Of a stretch of 64,000 nucleotides of DNA, positions 1 to 10,647 are shown piece by piece (position 1 is the first letter of the stretch; every line of letters begins with the position of its first letter). Made by a program: the position numbers and the translations under genes. The notes under the pieces were generated by a model, which saw nothing but the letters and a program-made list of their open reading frames with translations, was not told where the DNA came from and did not search any database. Source of the DNA: a bacterium (lineage in GTDB: Bacteria > SAR324 > XYD2-FULL-50-16 > G965216635); NCBI GenBank assembly GCA_965216635.1, contig OZ244188.1, positions 1,888,001 through 1,952,000 on the forward strand, written 5' to 3'.

Positions 1-104
1 AAAAAAAAATTGGTAAAAAAAGTATTTGCAATTTTTTTTATAATTTTATATTATGAAAAAAGATTTTTGTAGAATTTAATCCAAACCTTATTCTTAACTG
101 ACCT

Positions 105-503
105 ATGGGAACAATAAATTCAAATCCTCATCTAACCGAAGACGAAAGGGAAAAGTTTTATACGGTTTATGACAACTTAAGTAGTGCTAAAGGAATGATT
201 TTAATAGATAGATTGGTGGATAGAAACGCCTTAAGATTGCTAGGAGCAGCAGTAAGACAAGCAAAATTTGAAATGCCTGATGATATAGAAAAATATGCAG
301 AAAACCTTTGTGATACTGCTGTTCAAGCCTATTCTGCTCGTCTAGTATTGGATAAAAAGGATGAATATTTTTCTACAACGACGAATAAGCGTATAAATAA
401 AGAAAAAATAGAAAAAGAACACAAAGACTTAATTCTTAAAATTGAAAAAAGCGAGGACCCTCTTAAAATTTTTTCTAAATACCTAAAGATTAAAATCAAT
501 TAG
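105..503 (+). CDS. hypothetical protein (132 aa)
   Basis: ATG-started ORF filling the space before the tal stop; no motif recognised. Confidence 0.6.
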   Translation: MGTINSNPHLTEDEREKFYTVYDNLSSAKGMILIDRLVDRNALRLLGAAVRQAKFEMPDDIEKYAENLCDTAVQAYSARLVLDKKDEYFSTTTNKRINKEKIEKEHKDLILKIEKSEDPLKIFSKYLKIKIN

Positions 504-681
504 CAAGAGCATCTTGGTTGTTTAATTCTAAAGCCTCAGTGAGAGTGATTGAGTTTTTTTTTTGAGTTCTGCATAAGTTCTTTCTTGGCAATAGTAAAAT
601 GATACTAACCACAGTATTAGAAATCACAAAAATTACTGCGGGAATTATACAGTCTTAAAAACAAATAAAGCTTAAAAAACT

Positions 682-1644
682 CTATTTACTATTATATCCC
701 AGCCTCGCAGAAATCAATTCCTCCAGTTTTTCAGAATCTCTACTAAAAAGAAGGATCCCCTCTGCTAATTTTTCTGTTGCCATAGAATCCTCGTTGAGTT
801 GTTTGCGAAAATCTTTTTCTTCTAGTTCTTGCCAGTCTTTTGTATCTTCTTTTTTAGAATCTATTTTACGAGTTAATTTTTTTTTCTGTCCCGCTAATTT
901 TTCTAATAGTGCAGGACTGATGGTTAGTTTATCGCAACCTGCAAGCTCTTCTATTTGATGAATACCCCGAAAACTAGCTCCCATAATAATAGTTTCAACT
1001 TGATGGTGCTTATAATAACTATAAACATTTTTTACAAATTTCACTCCTGGGTCTTCTTGCCCGTAGTCCTTATCGGGAAAATGTTCTTTATACCAATCTA
1101 GTATTCTGCCGACAAAAGGAGATATAAGGTAGGCTTTCGCTTGAGCTGCTGCTACTGCTTGGCAGCGAGAAAACAAAAGAGTAATATTACAGTTGATACC
1201 ATGCTCTTGTAACTGTTTAGCTGCTTGAATACCTTCCCAAGTAGCCGCTATTTTAATCAAAACTCTTTCTCCTGAGATTCCTTGTTCTTCATAAAACTGT
1301 AAAATTCTGTGAGCCTGAATAACTGTGGTTGCGGTATCAAAGGAATGTCTTGCGTCTACTTCTGTGGAAATTTTACCCGGAATGAATTTTAGTATTTCTA
1401 TGCCAAAATTAACCGCAGTTTTTTCTAAGGCTAAATCTACAATGTCTTTTTTACTCTGCGTTTTTTTTTGTGCCCAAAGGATGGCTTCCTCTAGTAAAAA
1501 ATCGTATTGTTTGTCGTTGAGAGCTTTTAATATCAAGCTGGGGTTCGTAGTAGCATCTGTGGGGTGCAACTGTTTGATTAATTCTATTTCTCCGCTATCT
1601 ACTACAATTTCTGTATGCTTTTGTAGACTTTCTAAACTGTTCAT
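682..1644 (-). CDS. tal: transaldolase
   Basis: DATTNPSLI, ISTEVDAR, LIKIAATWEG (Schiff-base Lys), ISPFVGRI motifs. Confidence 0.97.
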   Translation of the reverse strand: MNSLESLQKHTEIVVDSGEIELIKQLHPTDATTNPSLILKALNDKQYDFLLEEAILWAQKKTQSKKDIVDLALEKTAVNFGIEILKFIPGKISTEVDARHSFDTATTVIQAHRILQFYEEQGISGERVLIKIAATWEGIQAAKQLQEHGINCNITLLFSRCQAVAAAQAKAYLISPFVGRILDWYKEHFPDKDYGQEDPGVKFVKNVYSYYKHHQVETIIMGASFRGIHQIEELAGCDKLTISPALLEKLAGQKKKLTRKIDSKKEDTKDWQELEEKDFRKQLNEDSMATEKLAEGILLFSRDSEKLEELISARLGYNSK

Positions 1645-1751
1645 TCTAGGTTGGATTCCATTGTATCAGCCTGTTTTCCGAAAATTTCTGAAAATTACTG
1701 TGTAGTGGGTATAGCCCATTCATTATCTTAAAAGAGCAAGTATTGGTCCGC

Positions 1752-3029
1752 TCAAATAGCGGGTTCAAGTAGCTTTTCACATTGCTCCCAATAGCTAGGA
1801 AAAGTTTTTTGAACACAATCGGGGTTTTCTATTTCTAAGTCTGGAATTTTCAACCCTGCAAGAGAGAAAGACATAGCCATTCTATGATCGTTATAGGTTT
1901 TAATATTTGCCCCATGGTACTGTCCGTTTCCATAAATGGCAATACTGTCTTCTGTTTCTTCTACTCTAGCCCCTAATCTAGTGAGCTCGGTAGCAAGAGC
2001 TTTGAGCCTATCGCACTCTTTGAGACGAATATTTTGAATACCTTTAATACAGGTTTTTCCTTTTGCAAAAAGAGATGTAACTGCAAGAGTCAAGGAGACA
2101 TCACTTAAATCTTTCATATTTACTTCAATACCGTGCATTTCTTTTCCAATCAAGGTGACTTCGTTCGTTCCCCATTCTACTTGACATCCCATGTTTTTTA
2201 GTATTTGTAAAAAACCTAAATCTCCTTGTAGAGATTTTGGAGAAAAGGGAGAGAGGGTGATTTTGCCTTTTGTGATAGCCGCCATCGCAAAAAAATAGGA
2301 CGCCGAAGATGCGTCTGCTTCTACGGTGTAGTCTCTGGCTTGATATTTTTGGTTTGCAGGAATAAACAACTGGTTTTGTGCTAACCATTCACAACAAACC
2401 CCAAAGTGCTCCATAATTTTCCTCGTCATTTCAATATAGGGTAAGGAGACTGTATCGCCTTTTAGAGTAATGTAAGTATCTTCTATAGCTAGCGGAGCTG
2501 TTAGCATTATTGCAGAAATAAACTGAGAACTGATGGAGCTTTCTAGGGTGATTTTTCCTCCTCTAAAACCAGTAGCACTTATTTCTAAAGGGAAATTTGC
2601 TGGAGGCTCCATTTTTTTTATTTTGCAACCCAAAGATCCCAAAGCAATCAATAGTTCATCTATAGGTCTTTCTTTTGTTCTTTGGCTTCCGGTTAAAATA
2701 TAATCTCCTTCGCCCAAACTCAAAAGTGGCAGCAAAAATCTAGCAACAGTGCCCGCACCATTTACAAAAAGTTCATCATTACAGGGCGATATTTTTCCAC
2801 CTTTACCCTGCACAATCAGTTGCTCGGTTTGAGTTTTAATGGAAATACCTAGTTGTTGAAGACAAGTTATCATTCTTTCGGTGTCGTCTGCTTCCAAGAG
2901 AGGACGTTGGATTTTAGTCTCTCCATCACTAAGAGCAGCAACCAGTAAGGCACGATTTGTAAGGCTTTTAGAACCGGGTATTTCTACAGAACCGTGAACG
3001 GGGTTTGTTTGTGTAGGTAGTTTGACCAT
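1752..3029 (-). CDS. aroA: 3-phosphoshikimate 1-carboxyvinyltransferase (EPSP synthase)
   Basis: PGSKSLTNRAL, SSQFISA, RLKECDR, DHRMAMSF motifs. Confidence 0.97.
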   Translation of the reverse strand: MVKLPTQTNPVHGSVEIPGSKSLTNRALLVAALSDGETKIQRPLLEADDTERMITCLQQLGISIKTQTEQLIVQGKGGKISPCNDELFVNGAGTVARFLLPLLSLGEGDYILTGSQRTKERPIDELLIALGSLGCKIKKMEPPANFPLEISATGFRGGKITLESSISSQFISAIMLTAPLAIEDTYITLKGDTVSLPYIEMTRKIMEHFGVCCEWLAQNQLFIPANQKYQARDYTVEADASSASYFFAMAAITKGKITLSPFSPKSLQGDLGFLQILKNMGCQVEWGTNEVTLIGKEMHGIEVNMKDLSDVSLTLAVTSLFAKGKTCIKGIQNIRLKECDRLKALATELTRLGARVEETEDSIAIYGNGQYHGANIKTYNDHRMAMSFSLAGLKIPDLEIENPDCVQKTFPSYWEQCEKLLEPAI

Positions 3030-3114
3030 AAAACACCTTTTTTAAGGTGTATTGAAAAATTATTATTATAGACTATATTTTACACTAAATTTCAAACTTC
3101 TTATTATAGGCAAA

Positions 3115-3195
3115 CAATACACCATTTTATCAAAAAAAGCAAATAATCCACCATTTTTATCAAAAAAAGTCTACAATACACCATTTTTATCAAAA
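3115..3195. repeat. three imperfect ~30-bp direct repeats (AATACACCATTTTTATCAAAA core)
   Basis: copies at ~3115, ~3145 and ~3174 in the divergent aroA/OMP intergenic region. Confidence 0.8.
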
Positions 3196-3367
3196 TAAAT
3201 TACTTTTTTTGCAAAAACTATCAATATTTTTTAGAGAAAAATAAGCAGAAAAAATAAAAAACCTGCCAATAGCCAATAGAATATTGACAAGAAGGTATTT
3301 TTCTGTAATTATTTTTATAAAAAATAAGCAGAAAAAATAAAAAAACTTTCCAATAGCCACTAGAATA

Positions 3368-3396
3368 TTGACAAGAATCTTTTTTTCTGTTACTTT
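3368..3396 (+). promoter_or_regulatory. sigma70-like promoter of OMP copy 1 (TTGACA-17-TACTTT, extended TG)
   Basis: perfect -35 at 3368-3373, 17-bp spacer containing a T tract, TGn then TACTTT; a second TTGACA-containing copy lies ~84 bp upstream. Confidence 0.6.
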
Positions 3397-3431
3397 TTAT
3401 TTTAATACTAATTTTTTCATCACAAATAATT

Positions 3432-4910
3432 ATGAAAAACACAAATTCCCAAGTTTTAAGTAAAACTTTTGCTGTTCGTTTTACTTTGGTTCGTTTTATT
3501 TTGGCTCGTTTTACTCTGGCTCGTTTCGTTTTGGCGGCTATTCTTATTCCCGCTCTTCTTATAGGAAGTGCCTTTACTTTTGGAGTCAGCAATCTGCAAG
3601 CCCAAGAGGTTCAAAGTAGCCCGAATGGTAGTAGCAAGCAGGGATTTTTCGCTGGTTTTGTCTATCTAAGTGGTTTTAAAGTGGATACCACAACACTTGT
3701 CACCACAAATAGCACAACCTATACTGACGCTATTACTACAGGCTATGAAATCACTGGCTATGGAGACGCAACCTCTAGCATAGTCGTAACCGGTGTGAAT
3801 CCTACTTGGAATCCTAAAACAACAGCAGCTGGAATCAGAGCTTTATTAAAAGCAAACTGTGAAAGAGGTGAAACATCTGTTGATATAGCTGAAGATGGAG
3901 ACGCAACAGAAGAATATTTTTTTAACGAGAGTTCCAATGCTTTTACTTCCTTTACTATTGGTGAAAAACCGGAATTAAATGAGATCGAGCCCTCTGGAGA
4001 TGCTACTGTAACTTTACCAACTTCTGCTGAACCCTTTCCTACAGGATTTACTACTGGAGAAACATCCCATTGTTTTCGCTACTTTTTCGGAGATCTTTCC
4101 TCCACTAGAACCTCTATTGATCTTCCTGCTTATGAGATAGCAACTGCAGATTCAGAACCAACTCCAACTGCTGTAATTGTGGCTCCAAGAACAATCACTA
4201 GTAGCAAGAGCGATAAAATCTCAGGTATTGGTCTGCAATTCGGCTTTAGGTGGGAAAAATGGAGAGCCTCCTTGACTCACTTTACTGGCAAGGGGGGAGA
4301 TAACGAGCTCGCCAATACACTAGTTATGGCGGATTATTTTGTAAACAAGGATTTTTTTGTAGGAGGCGGTCTAGCGAGTATGACGCTTACCAATGGTTTA
4401 ACCAGCGGCTCTGCCACAAGTCCAGCACTTAGAGTCGGCTATAAGCGAAACTTGACCTCCAACCTGTCGCTTAATTTTGGCTTGACGAAGTATATTTCGG
4501 GGGTTTCTCTAAAAAGTAGTGCTACTACTACTAATACTACTGCTAATGCTAATACTACTCCCATGGTGTTACGCTCTTTTGAAGAAACACAGACTTCTAA
4601 AGCCGGTGATTCAGCAACAATTGGTGCAATAAATGTGAGAATACCCGGCTTTAGAACCACCACCTCTGGTAGAATAAAAGGTCTAATCACCAGATTTAGA
4701 TACGTAGATGAGCGTATTGAGCAGTGCCCTAATTGTCCGCATAGCGACCAGAGAATACAAGTAACTCAATTCCGCAGCAGAACTGTAAATATAGACGAAA
4801 TCCAGATTCCAGCAGGAGCCACAGAAACTCAGACAACCACAACCACAGAAACAGATGCCGAACTCAAAGCACCCCTCGTCATCAGCATCTCCCTGCACTT
4901 GAGTTTTTAA
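3432..4910 (+). CDS. outer-membrane beta-barrel protein with two large variable loops, paralog 1
   Basis: signal peptide ending LQA-Q, amphipathic strands (GFFAGFVYLSGFKVD; GIGLQFGFRWEKWRASLTHF; LRVGYKRNL), C-terminal ISISLHLSF beta-signal; shared with four paralogs. Confidence 0.85.
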   Translation: MKNTNSQVLSKTFAVRFTLVRFILARFTLARFVLAAILIPALLIGSAFTFGVSNLQAQEVQSSPNGSSKQGFFAGFVYLSGFKVDTTTLVTTNSTTYTDAITTGYEITGYGDATSSIVVTGVNPTWNPKTTAAGIRALLKANCERGETSVDIAEDGDATEEYFFNESSNAFTSFTIGEKPELNEIEPSGDATVTLPTSAEPFPTGFTTGETSHCFRYFFGDLSSTRTSIDLPAYEIATADSEPTPTAVIVAPRTITSSKSDKISGIGLQFGFRWEKWRASLTHFTGKGGDNELANTLVMADYFVNKDFFVGGGLASMTLTNGLTSGSATSPALRVGYKRNLTSNLSLNFGLTKYISGVSLKSSATTTNTTANANTTPMVLRSFEETQTSKAGDSATIGAINVRIPGFRTTTSGRIKGLITRFRYVDERIEQCPNCPHSDQRIQVTQFRSRTVNIDEIQIPAGATETQTTTTTETDAELKAPLVISISLHLSF

Positions 4911-4950
4911 GAAAAAAAAACTGCAGGGAACATTTTTATAATAGCATAAC

Positions 4951-5332
4951 ATATAAGACGCCCTACAGGGCGTCTTATACGATGTGCATAAACCACAAAA
5001 AGCTGTTTTTAATAAACGTTCTAAATTTATGAGACGCCCATATAGGACGTCTCTACAGACCTACATATTTTAATAAACGTTCTAAATTTATGAGACGCCC
5101 ATATAGGACGTCTCTACAGACCTACATATTTTAATAAACGTTCTAAATTTATGAGACGCCCATATAGGACGTCTCTACAGACCTACATATTTTAATAAAC
5201 GTTCTAAATTTATGAGACGCCCATATAGGACGTCTCTACAGACCTACATATTTTAATAAACGTTCTAAATTTATGAGACGCCCATATAGGACGTCTCTAC
5301 AGACCTACATAAAATAAAAAATACCTCCCCGC
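4951..5332 (+). repeat. REP/REPIN tandem array 1 (lead palindrome + 5 x 61-bp units)
   Basis: AGACGCCC-TACA-GGGCGTCT palindrome, then identical 61-bp units starting 5011, 5072, 5133, 5194, 5255, each containing GAGACGCCCATATAGGACGTCTCTAC. Confidence 0.95.
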
Positions 5333-5438
5333 AACGCATTTGCTTTTTTTATTTGCTTTTAAAGTGTTTTTCTGCAATTATTCTTTATAAAGAATGAGCA
5401 GTAAAAATAAAAAGATGCCAATAGCCGACAGAATAATA

Positions 5439-5466
5439 TTGACAAGATTTTTTTTTCTGTTACTCT
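5439..5466 (+). promoter_or_regulatory. sigma70-like promoter of OMP copy 2 (TTGACA-16-TACTCT, T9 tract)
   Basis: homologous to the copy 1 promoter; spacer one base shorter. Confidence 0.55.
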
Positions 5467-5501
5467 TTATTTTAATACTAATTTTTTCATCACAAATAAT
5501 T

Positions 5502-6908
5502 ATGAAAAACACAAATTCCCAAGTTTTAAGGAAAACTTTTGCTGTTCGTTTCGTTTTGGCGGCTATTCTTATTCCCGCCCTTCTTATAGGAAGTGCCTTT
5601 ACTTTTGGAGGCAGCAAGCTGCAAGCCCAAGAGGTTCAAAGTAGCCCGAATGGTAGCAGCAAGCTGGGATTTTTCGCGGGTTTTGTCTATCTGAGTGGTT
5701 TTAAAGTGGATACCACAAAAAAGGTCACCACAAATATCACAACCATCACTGACGCTACTACTACAGGCTATGAAATCACTGGCTATGGAGACGCAACCTC
5801 TAGCATAGTCTTAACCGGTGTGAATCCTACTTGGAATGCTGCAACAGCAACTGGAATCAGATCTTTATTAAAAGCAAACTGTGAAAGAGGTGAAACATCT
5901 GTTGATATAGCTGAAGATGGAGACGCAACAGAAGAATATTTTTTTGGTGAGCTTACTCCTTTTTTTAGTTCCTTTACTATTGGTGAAAAACCGGAATTCG
6001 ATAAGATTGAGCCCTCTGGAGATGCTACTGTAACTTTATCAACTTCTGCTGAACCCTTTTATACAGGATCTACTGGAGAAACATCCCATTGTTTTAGCTA
6101 CTTTTCCCAAAAGACTAAAGATTTTAATGATTCTACTTATAAGATAGCGACTGCAGATTCAATTCCAACTCAAACTTCTGTACCTAAGGATTCAACAGCA
6201 ATCACTAGTAGCAAGAGCGATCAACTTTCTGGTATCGGTCTGCAATTCGGCGTTAGGTGGGAAAAATGGAGAGCCTCCTTGACTCACTTTACTGGCAAGG
6301 GGGGAGATAACGAGCTCGCCAATACGCTAGTTATGGCGGATTATTTTGTAAACGAGGATTTTTTTGTAGGAGGCGGTCTAGCGAGTATGAAGCTTACCAA
6401 TAGTTTAACCAGCGGCTCTGCCACAAGCCCAGCGCTTAGAGTCGGCTATAAGCGAAACTTGACCTCCAACCTATCGCTTAATTTTGGCTTGACGAAGTAT
6501 ATCTCGGGGGCTTCTCTAAATCATACGGCCACGGCTACGGATACGGATGTGACTCCTGCTCCTGATCCTATTCGCATTGCCGAAGTCAAAACACAGACTG
6601 CAAGCTATACAGCAACAATTGGTGCAAATCTTGTGAGAATACCCGGCTTTACTGAAACCAACTCTGGTAGAAAAAGATATAATACCGCCAATTTTAGATA
6701 CGTAGATGAGCGTATTGAGTCGTGCCCTGATTGTCCGCATAGAGATACCAGAATACAAGCAACCCAAGTCCACAGCAGAACTGTATATATAGATAAAATC
6801 CTAATTCCAGCAGGAGCTACAGAAACTCAGAAAACCACAACCACAAAAACCGCTGCCGAACTCAAAGCACCACTCGTAATCAGCATCTCCTTCCACTTGA
6901 GTTTTTAA
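5502..6908 (+). CDS. outer-membrane beta-barrel protein with two large variable loops, paralog 2
   Basis: same conserved blocks as paralog 1; start moved to the homologous ATG (MKNTNSQ) at 5502. Confidence 0.85.
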   Translation: MKNTNSQVLRKTFAVRFVLAAILIPALLIGSAFTFGGSKLQAQEVQSSPNGSSKLGFFAGFVYLSGFKVDTTKKVTTNITTITDATTTGYEITGYGDATSSIVLTGVNPTWNAATATGIRSLLKANCERGETSVDIAEDGDATEEYFFGELTPFFSSFTIGEKPEFDKIEPSGDATVTLSTSAEPFYTGSTGETSHCFSYFSQKTKDFNDSTYKIATADSIPTQTSVPKDSTAITSSKSDQLSGIGLQFGVRWEKWRASLTHFTGKGGDNELANTLVMADYFVNEDFFVGGGLASMKLTNSLTSGSATSPALRVGYKRNLTSNLSLNFGLTKYISGASLNHTATATDTDVTPAPDPIRIAEVKTQTASYTATIGANLVRIPGFTETNSGRKRYNTANFRYVDERIESCPDCPHRDTRIQATQVHSRTVYIDKILIPAGATETQKTTTTKTAAELKAPLVISISFHLSF

Positions 6909-6946
6909 GAAAAAGATAAACTGCAGGGAATTTTATAGCATAACAT

Positions 6947-7404
6947 GTAGAGACGCCCTACAGGGCGTCTTATACGATGTGCATAAACCACAAAAAACTG
7001 TTTTTAATAAACGTTCTAAATTTATGAGACGCCCATATAGGACGTCTCTACAGACCTACATATTTTAATAAACGTTCTAAATTTATGAGACGCCCATATA
7101 GGACGTCTCTACAGACCTACATATTTTAATAAACGTTCTAAATTTATGAGACGCCCATATAGGACGTCTCTACAGACCTACATATTTTAATAAACGTTCT
7201 AAATTTATGAGACGCCCATATAGGACGTCTCTACAGACCTACATATTTTAATAAACGTTACATGTAGTATAAGACGCCCTACAGGGCGTCTTATACGATG
7301 TGCATAAACCACAAAAAGCTGTTTTTAATAAACGTTCTAAATTTATGAGACGCCCATATAGGACGTCTCTACAGACCTACATAAAATAAAAAATACCTCC
7401 CCGC
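6947..7404 (+). repeat. REP/REPIN tandem array 2
   Basis: GTAGAGACGCCCTACAGGGCGTCT lead, four 61-bp units, then a second lead palindrome plus one unit. Confidence 0.95.
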
Positions 7405-7580
7405 AACGCATTTGTTTTTTTTATTTGCTTTTAAAGTGTTTTTCTGTAATTATTTTTATAAAAAATAAGCAAAAAGAAAAAAACTGCCAATAGCCAATAA
7501 ATAGCTTGACAAAAATTTTTTTTTCTGCAATCCTTTATGAAGTTTTGTTATTTAACCTAAATTTAATTATTTACACTATT

Positions 7581-8957
7581 ATGAAAAACATAAATTCCCA
7601 AGTTTTAAGGAAAACTTTCGCTGTTCGTTTTATTTTGGCTCGTTTTACTCTGGTTCGTTTCGTTTTGGCGGCTATTCTTATTCCCGCCCTTCTTATAGGA
7701 AGTGCCTTTACTTTTGGAGGTAGCAATCTGCAAGCCCAAGCGAATGGTAACAGCAAGCTGGGATTTTTCGCTGGTTTTGTCTATCTGAGTGGTTTTAAAG
7801 TGGATAGTATTACTAAAACCACTAGAGTCACTAATGCTACTACTAATATTACTGGTACTACCATAACATCCTATGATCCTAATGTTACCTATTCAGATAT
7901 CACCACTAGCATAGAAGCAGACGCTACTACTTTCTCTGGTTTTAGTGATAATCTGAAAGCTGGAATAAAAGCTCTTATAGCAGCAAACTGTAAAACAGGA
8001 GCAACAACCACTGATGCCGATGATGGAACTTATAGCTTTGCTCGTTTAGCAAGTAGATTGTCACTGCATTCTTTTGATGTAGGCACAAGAGATGAGGTGG
8101 ATGCCACACACACTCGCAATAATGATGGCGTTGCATGGACTTTGGATACATGTTTTGATCACTTTTCTTCTAATGGGGTAACCGCTGATGATTTTGCTGA
8201 TTATGAAGTAACCGCAGATGATATAATAGTGCGGGGTTCAATAATATCAACAACAACAGACACAGACGCATTGATAACAACAACTAACAAGAGCGATAAA
8301 CTATCAGGTATTGGTCTGCAATTCGGCTTTAGGTGGGAAAAATGGAGAGCCTCCTTGACGCACTTCACTGGCAAAGGTGGAGCTAACGAGCTCGCCAATA
8401 CACTAGTTATGGCGGATTATTTTGTCAACAAGGGTCTTTTTATAGGAGGCGGTCTAGCGAGTATGAAGCTCACCAGCGGCTCTGCCAGCGGCTCTGCCAC
8501 AAGTCCAGTGCTTAGAGTCGGCTATAAGCAGAACTTAACTTCCAACCTATCGCTTAATTTTGGCTTGACGAAGTATATCTCGGGGGTTTCTCTAAAAAGT
8601 AGCACTGCTCCGACGACTACTCCCTATACTCCCGACCCTATTTCAAATCCTGGTGATACTACAAGAAACAGCTTGACCCATGAACAGGGTCCAATAAAAA
8701 GATCAGTAGTGATTGGTGCCGCTATTGATGACCCCACCCCCGATAATGCAGATTCTGGTGCATATTTCAGCAGCTCCATTTTTGATCTTAGAACACAAGC
8801 AACCCAATCTGGAAGCAGAACCGTTACTTACAGAGAAATTATTGAGACTGGAGCTACAACCACAACAACAGAAGGAACAATAGAAACAACCACAGAAACC
8901 AATGCCGAACTCAAAGCACCCCTCGTCATCAGCATCTCCTTCCATTTGAGTTTTTAA
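7581..8957 (+). CDS. outer-membrane beta-barrel protein with two large variable loops, paralog 3
   Basis: conserved barrel blocks and C-terminal HLSF; homologous ATG at 7581. Confidence 0.85.
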   Translation: MKNINSQVLRKTFAVRFILARFTLVRFVLAAILIPALLIGSAFTFGGSNLQAQANGNSKLGFFAGFVYLSGFKVDSITKTTRVTNATTNITGTTITSYDPNVTYSDITTSIEADATTFSGFSDNLKAGIKALIAANCKTGATTTDADDGTYSFARLASRLSLHSFDVGTRDEVDATHTRNNDGVAWTLDTCFDHFSSNGVTADDFADYEVTADDIIVRGSIISTTTDTDALITTTNKSDKLSGIGLQFGFRWEKWRASLTHFTGKGGANELANTLVMADYFVNKGLFIGGGLASMKLTSGSASGSATSPVLRVGYKQNLTSNLSLNFGLTKYISGVSLKSSTAPTTTPYTPDPISNPGDTTRNSLTHEQGPIKRSVVIGAAIDDPTPDNADSGAYFSSSIFDLRTQATQSGSRTVTYREIIETGATTTTTEGTIETTTETNAELKAPLVISISFHLSF

Positions 8958-8992
8958 GAAAAAAAACTGCAGGGAATTTTATAACATAACAT

Positions 8993-9511
8993 GTAGAGAC
9001 GCCCTACAGGGCGTCTTATATGATGTGCATAAACCACAAAAAGCTGTTTTTAATAAACGTTCTAAATTTATGAGACGCCCATATAGGACGTCTCTACAGA
9101 CCTACATATTTTAATAAACGTTCTAAATTTATGAGACGCCCATATAGGACGTCTCTACAGACCTACATATTTTAATAAACGTTCTAAATTTATGAGACGC
9201 CCATATAGGACGTCTCTACAGACCTACATATTTTAATAAACGTTCTAAATTTATGAGACGCCCATATAGGACGTCTCTACAGACCTACATATTTTAATAA
9301 ACGTTCTAAATTTATGAGACGCCCATATAGGACGTCTCTACAGACCTACATATTTTAATAAACGTTCTAAATTTATGAGACGCCCATATAGGACGTCTTA
9401 TATGATGTGCATAAACCACAAAAAGCTGTTTTTAATAAACGTTCTAAATTTATGAGACGCCCATATAGGACGTCTCTACAGACCTACATAAAATAAAAAA
9501 TACCTCCCCGC
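8993..9511 (+). repeat. REP/REPIN tandem array 3
   Basis: GTAG lead palindrome, five 61-bp units, one 77-bp unit and a terminal unit ending TACCTCCCCGC. Confidence 0.95.
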
Positions 9512-9631
9512 CACAATATCTATAAAGATGCCTAATTCAAAGTTCTCAATATATCTTTAAATTAACATTGAATAATAAAACAATTTGAGATATGAATATA
9601 ATAATAACCCATTAAATAAGATCTTATAAAA

Positions 9632-10612
9632 ATGAAAAAAACAAACTCGCTTCTCATTATTTTGCTTTCCACTTTCTTCAGTGTAGCTTGTGTCAATGAA
9701 ATTCTTGGAGTGGAGCTAGATAAAAAATTTCAAAACTATCAAAAAATATCGGGCATTAGTGGGGCTTTGAATAGTATAGGTTCAGATACTCTCAATAATC
9801 TAATGACTTTTTGGGCTGAAGGTTTCCGCAAATTATATCCAAACGCCCAAACTCAAATTGAAGGAAAAGGCTCTAGTACTGCTCCTCCTGCTTTGATTGA
9901 AGGAACTGCTCAACTAGGACCTATGTCTAGGGCTATGAAAAAAAGCGAGTTGGAAAAGTTTGAAAAAAAATATGGATTTAAGCCTACTCAATTTATTGTC
10001 GCTTTAGATGCTATTGTAGTTATGGTTAATAAAGATAATCCTTTAAAAGAAATCAGCCTTCCCCAAGTGGATGCAATTTTTTCTTCTACTCTGAAAGGCG
10101 GATACCAAAAAAAAATCGCAAATTGGGGAGGAATCGGTTTAAGGCGGGGTTGGGAAAATCGTGCTATTAGTTTGTACGGTAGAAATTCTGCTTCTGGTAC
10201 TTACGGTTATTTTAAGAGGGTGGCTCTTTTCAAAGGAGATTATAACAAAACTGTCAAGGAACAACCTGGCTCTGCTTCGGTAGTGCAAAGTGTGGGAGCG
10301 GATAGGTATGCTATTGGTTATTCTGGAATCGGATTTTTAACAAGCGATATTAAGGTTCTGGGTATTGCCAAAAAAATAGGGAGTAAATCCTACTCTCCTT
10401 TGAAATACGAGAACATACTTACTGGAAAATACCCTTTAGCGAGAGGTTTGTATATTTATGTGGCAAAGCACCCTAAAAAAGGCATAACCCCTTTAGTGAA
10501 AGAATTCTTAAAATACATTTTTTCTAAACAAGGGCAAGAAATTGTTGTCAAAGACGGGTATCTTCCTTTGAGTTATGGGTTGGCTCAAAAGTATTCTGCC
10601 TTACTCAAATAA
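9632..10612 (+). CDS. pstS: phosphate ABC transporter substrate-binding protein
   Basis: GSDTL, EGKGSSTAPPAL, GRNSASGTY motifs; first gene of a pst operon. Confidence 0.95.
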   Translation: MKKTNSLLIILLSTFFSVACVNEILGVELDKKFQNYQKISGISGALNSIGSDTLNNLMTFWAEGFRKLYPNAQTQIEGKGSSTAPPALIEGTAQLGPMSRAMKKSELEKFEKKYGFKPTQFIVALDAIVVMVNKDNPLKEISLPQVDAIFSSTLKGGYQKKIANWGGIGLRRGWENRAISLYGRNSASGTYGYFKRVALFKGDYNKTVKEQPGSASVVQSVGADRYAIGYSGIGFLTSDIKVLGIAKKIGSKSYSPLKYENILTGKYPLARGLYIYVAKHPKKGITPLVKEFLKYIFSKQGQEIVVKDGYLPLSYGLAQKYSALLK

Positions 10613-10647
10613 AATAGAGACTCTCGTTAGAAAACTAAAACCACTCT

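Noticed and set aside
5394..5501. Extended N-termini of OMP paralogs 2-5 given by the ORF track
   Set aside because: They run through the promoter-like sequence; the homologous MKN start is shared by all five
4951..9511. CRISPR arrays (palindromic ~28-bp repeat with ~33-bp gaps)
   Set aside because: The gaps are identical rather than unique spacers, no cas genes are present, and the palindromes have GTAG-REP form
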